Below, piece by piece: positions 1 to 10,081 of a stretch of DNA of 64,000 bases. The stretch is from Eledone cirrhosa (lineage: Eukaryota), in assembly GCA_964016885.1 (NCBI GenBank), contig OZ024741.1, forward strand, positions 360,654,001 through 360,718,000. Direction: 5' to 3'. A program made the position numbers and the translations under genes. Under the pieces are notes generated by a model. That model had not been told where the DNA came from. It saw only the letters and a list, made by a program, of their open reading frames with translations, and made no database searches. Position 1 is the first letter of the stretch. Every line of letters starts with the position of its first letter.

Positions 1-151
1 CTCATACTGACGTTGAGGTATTGTTCTCAAAATAATTAACATCAAAATCTCATAGATTTGATATTATGTGAGATAATTATGTTAGGTAAAGCCTTTACCA
101 CAAAAAAAACAATAGAATATATATAGAGTAATGTAAATGCTAAAGGGTTAA
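1..151. mobile_element. piggyBac-type MITE, right part (cut by window edge)
   Basis: Ends TAAATGCTAAAGGG-TTAA; internal sequence matches the copies at 700, 52821, 53753 and 54930. Confidence 0.8.
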
Positions 152-281
152 ACACACCATATGCAGCAAAAATATCTTCATTGTACAATAACAACAAGTG
201 CCTGAAAGCTAAACAGGGGGTTAGCCTTCCAGGGATACATGACTTAGTTTCTACATTTTGACCTATTGTTTGCTTCCCATC

Positions 282-470
282 TCACCAACCCCTGGCTTTC
301 ATTTCCTCCACCATTATTTTTAACAATGTTTTTCTTGGTCTTCCTCTTCTACTTCCTTCCACATTCATTTTCATCACCCCTCTCACCCAATCACATTCAT
401 CTTTCCTCCACACATGACCCATCCCTTTTATTCTAATTCTCCTCATCTCTATTGAAATTCTTTTCATTGA
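282..470 (-). mobile_element. Degenerate RTE LINE C-terminal fragment
   Basis: GHVWRKDECDWVRGVMKMNVEGSRRGRPRKT resembles the RTE C-terminal WYGHV..R/GRPRKTW motifs. Confidence 0.7.
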
Positions 471-699
471 TAATATCCTTTCTTCTTGTTTAAATTTAGG
501 TCAGCCAGATCAAATTTTTTTATACTCAGACCTGGTTGTGTGGTTAATGTTTTTTTCTCACCAAACCACCTGAAACTGCTTGTGGTTCCACAGTATTAAG
601 CTCTTAATTTTTAGATGCTTATATTTATCTAAAAACTTTCTATCATAATTTTATGAAAGAACATTTCAGTTATTTTCCAAACACCACTGAGAAAGTTAG

Positions 700-927
700 T
701 TATCCCTTTAGCATTTAAACTTGTCATATCCGGCCAGAATTCTCTCACCTCTTTCTTTTCAAACTGGCTGTAACCGGCCACTCATACTGACGTTAAGGTA
801 TTGTTCTCAAAATAAATAATATCAAAATCTCATTGATTCAATATTATTAGAGATATTATGTGAGATAAAGCCTTTACTGTGAAAATATAATAGTATATAT
901 AGAGTAATCTAAATGATAAAGGGTTAT
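700..927. mobile_element. piggyBac-type MITE (~220 bp) with TTAT on both flanks
   Basis: TTAT-CCCTTTAGCATTTA...TAAATGATAAAGGG-TTAT terminal inverted repeats (TIRs). Confidence 0.8.
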
Positions 928-1395
928 ATTACTAAATCCCTCCAAATTCTTGATTATTTTCAAAATGATTTGAAAATCATAGAAATGTAGTAATGAAAAG
1001 ATTAAGTAGTTCACACCAAAGGTTTGGTAATAGAAAGACTATCCAACAAATTCATGCCAATAAAAATGAAGCAACAAACAGAAGAGACAATGAACTTTGC
1101 AAGCAGCAGCACATACAACCCATCTGGGAGATCAGTAACTATGAAAAAAAACCAGAGTGAATACAGAAAACCCTTTAGGAGGCCTGCTACAGATAATCTC
1201 TTTAGTGCCAATGGCACAATAAATTATATCATGCCCCTAATGTAAGGTTACTGGCAGCTGTAAAATTGACTATTCTTGCATTATATATATATAGTGCAAG
1301 AATAGTCTGAGAGAGATTGATAGCCAGAGTCTTTTACCCATTTACAGATGGACACATCATCAACACTATATGACTAATGAAACAAATGAAGTTAC

Positions 1396-1574
1396 CTAAT
1401 GTTAATAATGAGCTCTTTTGAACCACTGTTACATATATATTCATGCCATGTGGCATCAGCTTCGATTGGAATTCCATCAAGAGCTGTTTGGTGTTTCAGG
1501 AGACCAAGGGAGGTAAAGCGCCTGGTGGAAACAGGTGAAAGATTTAAGGCATTCGTCTTTTTCCCATTCAAAGC
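1396..1574 (-). CDS. Candidate host coding exon (179 nt), product unidentified
   Basis: Pyrimidine-rich acceptor ttattttcag|G, donor AG|gtaact, one open frame ALNGKKTN...WHEYICNSGSKELIINI, non-repetitive sequence. Confidence 0.5.
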
Positions 1575-1924
1575 CTGAAAATAAATTAAAAAAACCAAAT
1601 CAGTGTAAGTATATTAACTCTTAACATTCTGCAATAATTTAGCAGAAACTATCTACAAAAATGGGTTTGTTAATTTAAATGTTTATAGTATCTTTACTAG
1701 CAGACAGACTGTAGTGAAAATTTGCAATATTATTTTTTAACAACCTGTAATGAAGGTGTCAGTTATGCAATCAAATCTGAAATTCAAGTGAGATGACACA
1801 AGAAGAACAGAGCAATTGTCATTCAAAGAATTATCTAACAGTTACAATTTTTACTCAAAGAATTTACTCAGACCATTTGTTCGGAATTGGGATAAGAAAG
1901 TGAGATAAAAAAAAAATACACTCT

Positions 1925-2425
1925 TGCATTCTATTTCTTTGTTCATCTTTGCATCATTGGATACAATGGAGCCAAGATGGGTGAAGGAGGAAACAGTTTT
2001 CAAGGCCTTTCCATCAACATAAACAGTAGGAACAACAGTGGGAGGATGGTTGTGGGAAGTCTGATGGACAAGCTCTGTTTTTTAATATTGATGGTCAGAG
2101 ATGTTGTCAGCAATCCACAACATTTCCTCGTGGTTGTGGGCCACAAGTGCACAGTTATCTGCAAAGAGCAGTTCACGAGTAGTTTGTACTTCCCTGCTTT
2201 GAAGAGTTATTGGTTGAACAAGCCACCACTTATTCTATATTCAAACCTCACTCCTTTGACATTCTCAAAAACTGTTTCCAGCATGGCAGAAAAATACAAA
2301 GCAAATAGGAGCAGTTCAAGAATTCCCCCTTGTTTTGTTCCATTTGAAACAGTGAATGGGTCGGGCACTTCCCCACTGGTTCTAACTGCAGACATCATCA
2401 CCCGATGGAAATAGATGATGATATT
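1925..2425 (-). mobile_element. Old RTE/BovB-like RT fragment
   Basis: PFTVSNGTKQGGIL..LLFALYF, LFADDCALVAH and TVSSFTHLGS motifs, broken by frameshifts/stops. Confidence 0.8.
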
Positions 2426-2634
2426 AAGCACATATATATATATATATATATATTAATTTCAACAATGTCAGTATTCCGTGTGTCATAATTCTCGATTATC
2501 ATTGGTTCATAGGTTTCAAACGACTCCGCCCACCTCAACGACACCAAACTTAAATTAATATGCATAATGCCAATGAGGGAGTGAGAGGGGAGAGTAAGAA
2601 ACAGAGAGGCAAAGTGAACGCTGCGTTGGATACA

Positions 2635-2950
2635 CTATGTATATGTGTCAGTGTAGAGACATGTGTGTGTGTGATGTGTGTGGAAATAAGAGGGGAAGGA
2701 AAGCAATAACTATGAACATGTGTGCGTGTGTATGTACGTGTGCGTATGTTTATGTGTGTGTGCGTGCGTGCAGCGTTCCACAGAAAGTAAAAACTATCAA
2801 CACGTGTGAGTGTGTGTGTGTGTGTGTGTAAGTGCACGGGTGCGTGTGTAAGTTTGCGTGCATGTGCATGTTTCCATGCGTGTATGTGTGTGTACATGCA
2901 GCCATCCACAATTGCCACACAGTTTATCTGTCTGTGTGCTTGTCTGTCAG
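2635..2950. repeat. (GT)/(GTGC)-rich compound microsatellite
   Basis: Seen directly. Confidence 0.9.
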
Positions 2951-3176
2951 TCTAACATACACAGAGTTGTGAAGGGAGTAAATAGGGTCCTCTTTTTTAC
3001 ATTGACAGACATCTTTTATATTTATTATTGTGTCAATTTTTGATAATTGCTTGAAATGAATACTGATAAAAGCAATTCGACTTTATCAAACAGTGAACTA
3101 CACTGGAGCCAAGCAGCGACGGCGTGCTGCGGTGGTTGAAGACGAACTAGCTGAGCATCATCTTTTATATTAATTA

Positions 3177-3534
3177 TCTATATCTATGTCTACCTATAAT
3201 ATAAAAGATTGGAACTTCCATCATCCTTTTGAGAAACGTTGAACAACCACGTCTATGCAATGATACACATTTTACAGTCAGGCAGAAGATGAACCATCTC
3301 CTAGAGGTCACTATTCTAGGTGGGAGCACCTAGAATTGTTCATATACTATGCACAAACGGTACAACGAAGAATCTGGTATATCTGGAAGATTTTTTTACT
3401 GTTTTTTGTATCACACAGACACCACGGACTCGCCTCATACTGTAACCAGACAAACATCCAATACAGTCATTTTCTCTTTTATCTGTCTTCTCTTATCATC
3501 TGTTTACCTGGACGAAGCTGGGTACGTCAGCTAG
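3177..3534 (+). mobile_element. Non-autonomous Helitron
   Basis: 5' TCTATATCT...ATAATATAAAAG; 3' hairpin ACCTGGACGAAGCTGGGT then CTAG|T; 3' end matches 47310-47388. Confidence 0.6.
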
Positions 3535-3689
3535 TATATATATATATATATATAAAAATGAAAAAATATATATATACACACACACACACATATATATAAA
3601 ATTTGGTCGTTTTGGAAGCCTCAACAATGCAGATGGGTAAATCTCCGGGTAACAGAATCCGGTGGTGAAAGGAGCGCCGGGACCGAGGT

Positions 3690-5016
3690 GTAAAGAGCAA
3701 CCACATCAAGGCGCTCCCAGCCGTTGATATACTGATAGAACGTGTTCAATCTACCAACTTACACTGCTTCGGGCTCACCCCCACTGACATCCACCAGCTC
3801 CTATCCGTCGTTGTTGACAACACATATTTCAGTTTTCTCGACCAAACATACCAGCAAACCTCAGGGCTGCCCATGGGCTCAAGCCTGTCGGGTGTGCTAG
3901 CGATCTCGTACATGGACGGCCTCAAGCGCAAGGCACTCAACGCCTGCCACCCCAACGCCGTCGCCTTCTTCTCAAGATACGTGGACGACATCCTCATCCT
4001 CACATCTTCCTAGGAGATGGCGAATGAGATTTACGAGACGTTCAGCAACACAGAAGACGAGAATATTGACTTCAGTGTTGAACACCCCAATGACGACAGG
4101 TCCCTTTCCCTCCTCGGCTTCTGAATCAACATCACGGAGCAGGGAGGGATCCACACCAACTTCTACCGCAAGGCAGCCTGCAGGGATTTGTTCGTCCACT
4201 ACAAGTCTGCCCTCCCTAACAGTGCTAAAAGAGGGTACATCACGAACGAGATCACGCGGATTATAAACAGATGTAGCGATCCTGTGAGTGGTGTCACCCA
4301 TACCAAGCGGTTCCTCAGGGTGCTGGAGACGAAAGGATACCCAGCCTCGCTTACAAGTGGAGTAAGAAACACCAGACGCAAGAGGCAAAGAAACACCCAA
4401 GGCAAGTGCTTCCTTAAAATCCCGCACCTGGGCGAGAAAACCACCAACGCTATCCGCTGGGCTATACGGAGAGAGGGCCTCGACATCCACCTGGCCCACT
4501 CGGGCCCCTCCCTACGGAGATGCCTCTCCAGGAAACCCGGGAAATTGACTGACGCGTGTTCCCTCAGCAACTGTCCGATGCGCCAAACGAACTGTTGCTT
4601 ACGCACGTACGTTGTATACAGGGTAGAATGTGACAAGTGCAACCACTACTATATCGGTAGCACAATCCGGCCACTACATATCTGGATCAAGGAGCACATC
4701 AACACCAGGGCCCCGTCTTTCCGGAAACACATAACAAAATGCGGAAACAAAGATGGAAGGCCCATTGTCACAGTGCTAGCGACAGAACGCAACGTCGGCA
4801 CGTTAAGAATCAAGGAAGCACTTTGGATCAAACGCCTAGGACCACAAATAAATAACTGATTCGAGAGAAGCGAGACGAGGCGGCTGGTGTAAACAAATGA
4901 GACAACAGTACACACACACACACGCACAGTGGCATTCGAACGATTGTTATTGTGTGTATAGCGCCCCCACCATCCACCGACCAATAAACAACAACCAGGC
5001 AAACTTCAATACTCTC
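3690..5016 (+). mobile_element. Penelope-like element, 5'-truncated RT + C-terminal GIY-YIG, with in-frame stops
   Basis: QTSGLPMGSSLS, RYVDDIL, FVHYKSALP, VVYRVECDKCNHYYIGST..HIWIKEH. Confidence 0.9.
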
Positions 5017-5089
5017 TTATATAATATATATATATCATCATTTTACGTTCGCTTCACGTCCGCTTTATATATATATAAAATAATAATGA

Positions 5090-7970
5090 ATAACCAGTTA
5101 AGATTTACATTATTGTACTCTACAAACATTTCAATGCAGGAGGTGGGGGCCGTACCTTAATAGATATAATGGGTGCCGGTCCACAATTCTACATAACTTC
5201 ATATATAAATTAATAAAGTAATGAATAAACAAAGAAACAGTTCCTTATATTAAAAAAATTCATCATTTTACGATCGTTTCTAGGATATATATGTGTTAGT
5301 GTTGGTATGCATATTCTATAGATCTATGTAAAATATTTATACAAACTATCAGCGGGAATATACATATCAACACATATATATGCTGTCTTCAGAAATAATG
5401 ATATTTGTTTATTGAAAAAAACAAAGATTTAATACAATAGGTCTGTTTGGGAACAGGTTTTGAATTGACCAATAGAAAGATAGTGAAGGTCAAGATAGTA
5501 ATCTAGTAGTAAAAGAACCTTAATTTATGGGTAGAGGAAGGTAGATTTCAGTTTTGGATGGAAAAGAATATTATGAATGAAAGATTATTTTAGGGATGAA
5601 AATAGGTCGTATGCTGACCTTAGAAATAATTATATTTGTTCATTGAATAAAACCAACAAAGATTTGATATAGTCTGTCTGTTTGGTAAGAGGTTTAGAAT
5701 TAACCAATAGAAAGTTAATAATTGGCCAAATGGTAAAATAGTAGTAATTGAAGTTTATTTTAGGGGTAGATGAAGGTAGGTTTCAGTTTTGAATGGAGTG
5801 TGGAGAATGAGAAGGTTATTTTAGGGGTGAAAATAGGTCAGGTCAGTAAAAGGTATATGAGCAGTTGCTGTTATAAATCAGTAATGCCAATGCAAATATC
5901 TAAGGAGACTAAAATTTTACGATAAGAGTGTTAGTGAAAAAAATACATCCATGAAAAGAATATAAATTAATTTAATTGATGGGTATATTTATATTGATAA
6001 AATTATACTAATGCATATAGATATGATAAATAAGAGTTAGATGTAGTTGAAGAGTGCTGTTAAAGATGAGGGGAAATTAAAAGAATATAAAAATAATATA
6101 TATGCGGTGCCCCAGCATGGCCTCAGCCGGATGGCTGAAACAGGTAAAAGAGTAAAAGAGAATATATATATACATATATATACACACACATATATATATA
6201 TATATATACACATATATACATATATATATACACATATACATACATACACATACATATAATTATTGGGGGGGGGGGGGGTTTAAATTTATAATAAATATAT
6301 AGAGATTTCAAGGAACATAGAGTCATAACCTGAAATTAAAGCATTATATATGTTTACTTAATGGTATCAGTTTTAGGAAATGATAGTTGTAAGAAGAAAA
6401 GTAAAATTATGTAGTTCATCAATAGTAGAATATTAATTATAGGTTAACTAAATTAAAAACAGTTTATATATTAATTTCTAAGATGTATATTAATTAGGTT
6501 TATAATATTTAAAGGTTTTTCTCAGTTTGTGATTACACGATATTATTAATTCCTGTCGCTTATTTAATAGGATATCCTTAGATTTCATTATTTCAAAAAG
6601 TTCTTGGGAACATAATCTACATTCATATCTATTATTTTGATAAGAGGTGGCCCTTTTGAGCACACTCCAGGTCAGGTCATAATCTATATTCCTCTTTCTA
6701 TAATTATTAATTATTTCAGCTAGAGATGTTGTATTAGCTAATGCGGCATTTTTAAAGCTATGTTTGTGGGTATTAAATCTTACCTTAAATTTGTTAGAGG
6801 TAGCTCCTATATATGAATAAATTGAGTCTTTAGTGTTAACTTTACATTTATATACTATGTTATTAACAAGGCAATTTCCTTTTAATGGGCAGTTTGCCTT
6901 GTTTCTACAGTTACAACTTTTTGTGAATCCTGTATCTGAGGAGATATTATGGTTAGTTTGATGTACTGGTGGTATACTCATGTTTTTTTTACATTTATAT
7001 GCATTGTAGGCACTTATATTTTGTTTTATGTTTTTGGTTGTTGAGTAGGAGAATTTAACCGTTGATCTATTTAAAATTTGATGGTATTTGTTGTTTGGCG
7101 GGAAGTTCTTCTCTTGGATATTAAAGAATTTTTTAGGTATATTATCCTTAATTTGTAAATTAAATGGAGCATTATACCAAGTAACTCGTCTATTACGGTT
7201 TCGATGTTGTTTATTGTTTTTATAGGATGTATCCTGATGTTTATTAAGAGAATTATTGTTAATGACTTCACCACACACATTTTTAGTTAGATTTATTGAT
7301 TTAGGTGTTTTAGCTTGTTTATTAGGAGTTTTATTATTACCATTTATTAGAGTTGTAGGATGAGTGGTTTTTTGAGAGTTACTATATTGTATATTAGAAG
7401 AGTTAGAGAAATTTGGTTTTATGTTGGTATTTTGGGGTATAGTGTGAGTGGCATTTAGGTGTGTATGTTTCATTTGGTGTTTGTTGGTAATATTAGGTTG
7501 TGTGTATGTAGTGTTATTGGTACAAGGTATATATACTAATTTATTTTTGTGGCCACTTCTAGCTAGAGCTTCGTTATAAAAGGTCGCATTTTTATCAAAT
7601 ACATCCTGGTTAGACGAAAGGTTAGAAATTCTAAGTGATATATTATATGCAAGGTTTTTAAGGATAGATTTAGGGTGATTAGATTGTGAGTGTATGTAGT
7701 GTAAATTTTGGTTAGGTTTATGGTAAAGTTGGTAGATACCCGTAGATAAGTCTAATATAGTATATAAATGTAAAGTTAACACTAAAGACTCAATTTATTC
7801 ATATATAGGAGCTACCTCTAACAAATTTAAGGTAAGATTTAATACCCACAAACATAGCTTTAAAAATGCCGCACTAGCTAATACAACATCTCTAGCTGAA
7901 ATAATTAATAATTATAGAAAGAGGAATATAGATTATGACCTGACCTGACCTTAATATAGATTATGACCTG
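5090..7970 (-). mobile_element. Penelope-like element (Nematis-like GIY-YIG, clade inferred), 5'-truncated with inverted 5' segment
   Basis: ORF 6490-7782: YHKPN..YIHSQSNHP, CNCRNKANCPLKGNCL, IVYKCKV..YIGAT; ~7757-7947 is the reverse complement of ~6668-6858; diverged duplication 5441-5608/5676-5839 in the 3' UTR. Confidence 0.9.
5261..5400 (-). ncRNA. Type I hammerhead ribozyme motif in PLE 3' terminal region
   Basis: cattattt-CTGAAGA-long stem II-GAAAC-GATC-GTA-aaatgatg; 8-bp stem I. Confidence 0.75.
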
Positions 7971-7972
7971 AT

Positions 7973-8164
7973 AAATATATATACATATATATATACATAT
8001 ATATATATACATATATACATATATATATACATATACATATATATATATACATATATATATATACATATATATATATACATATATATATATACATATATAT
8101 ATATACATATATATATATATACATATATATATATACATATATATATATACATATATATATATAC

Positions 8165-8197
<33 letters not shown>

Positions 8198-8242
8198 CAT
8201 ATATATATACATATATATACATATATATATATATACATATAT
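7973..8242. repeat. (TA)nCA array
   Basis: Seen directly. Confidence 0.95.
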
Positions 8243-8580
8243 GGAGGCACATGACTGAGTGGTTAGAGCATTGGCCTTGCAATCAAAAGGTTGTGAGTTC
8301 AATTCTCAGACCGGGTGATGTGTTGTTTCCTTGAGCAAGACACTTTATTTCACATTGCTCCAGTTTACTCAGCTGTAGAAATGAGATGATAGCGACTGGG
8401 GTCCTTATCATTCCACTGCAAAGTGGTCGTGGCGGTGCCACGGCATAAAAGCACCCAGCACTCACTGTAAATGAGGATGGTGTTAGGAAGGGCATCGAGC
8501 TGTAGAAATCAAGCCAGAATCAGTTCCCGTCTCACCCTTGCAAGCAGGGAAAAAGCGGACGTAAAAATGAAATGATGATG
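8243..8580 (+). mobile_element. tRNA-derived SINE (CORE-like body, RTE-derived tail)
   Basis: Pol III A/B-box-like TGACTGAGTGG and GAGTTCAATTC; TTCCTTGAGCAAGACACTT core; tail matches RTE-C 3' end; (ATG)n. Confidence 0.85.
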
Positions 8581-8672
8581 AATATATAGATATACATATA
8601 TATATACATATATATATACATATACATATATATATATACATATATATATATATACATATACATATACTATAC

Positions 8673-8767
<95 letters not shown>

Positions 8768-8834
8768 CATATATATATATATACATACATATATATATAT
8801 ACATATATATATATATACATACATATATATATAC

Positions 8835-8865
<31 letters not shown>

Positions 8866-8887
8866 CACATATATATATATATACATA

Positions 8888-9799
8888 CATCATCATCATC
8901 ATCATCATCAGGTTTAGCGTCCATGTTCCACGCTTGCATGGGTTTGGACGGGGGTTTTCCCACTTGAGGCAAGAGTGGTTGTCTTGCTCGCATAGGACTG
9001 TCTGGCGGGTTTTCTACAGTTGGATGCCCTTCCTAACACCAACCACATTTACAGTGTGGGGCTGGGAGGTTTTTACCATGTTGCCTACACGGCCACATTT
9101 ACAGCGTGGACTGTGTGTTTTTTTGTCGTGACACCTACACGATCTCATTTGTTTCGGCCAGGATGTTGTGGGACCAACATAACTTTACATTGAAAGGGGC
9201 GGTGTGGATGGGGTGGAGGTGGTGGGACGGGGGTGTGTTTTGATAGAGATGCCTACTGACTGTAGTAGGTTTTTACTTTGTATTTAGGTAAGGCGGGTCT
9301 TCTCTATTACTGAGTACCGCCAAAGGTCTCGGTCCAGTGACATTGTCTTGGAGAGGTGTAAGCGTGTGAGGTCGGAATTTATCAGCCCGTCCCATGTTTT
9401 TCTGGGTCTGCCTACACCGTGGCTACCGTCTATCTTTATTGCCCTGCACTTTGTTATACAGCTGTCGTCTTTCATGCGCATCACGTGACCGTACCAACGT
9501 AGCCTTCTCTCGAGTAAACAACATCTGATCCCTCTTATTTCTAATTTTTTCCTTTGTTCGTTTATGCTTTGCCGTTCACGTATATTACTATTGCACATCC
9601 AGCGGAGCATGCAAGCTTTGTTCCTCTCTAGTCTGCATATATCCTCTGCACACAATGCCCAGGTCTCACTGCCATGCAGCATTGCTGTTCGTATGCAGGC
9701 ATCGTATAACCTGCCTTTCATTTTTAGGGAGAACCCTCTAGCGGCTAATAGTGGTATAAGCTCTCTGAACTTTTTCCATCCAGTTCTGACTCTAGCTAC
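8888..9799 (-). mobile_element. RTE LINE family A, 5'-truncated
   Basis: [14 protein letters not shown]...RWYGHVMRM...GRPRKTW; ~400-nt 3' UTR; (GAT)n tail; TA arrays on both sides. Confidence 0.95.
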
Positions 9800-9821
9800 A
9801 TACATATATATATATATATAA

Positions 9822-9986
<165 letters not shown>

Positions 9987-10011
9987 CATATATATATACA
10001 TATATATATAC

Positions 10012-10080
<69 letters not shown>

Positions 10081-10081
<1 letters not shown>

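Noticed and set aside
1011-1245. 68-73 aa ORFs on both strands
   Set aside because: No recognisable motif; more likely the 3' UTR of the candidate minus-strand gene.
4855-4895. In-frame TGA near the PLE C-terminus as possible selenocysteine
   Set aside because: The copy has other stops, the TGA is more simply CGA decay, and no SECIS was seen.
8243-8320. tRNA-like sequences (also at 18461, 40430, 43160)
   Set aside because: These are SINE heads continuing into a SINE body and tail; no complete cloverleaf gene.
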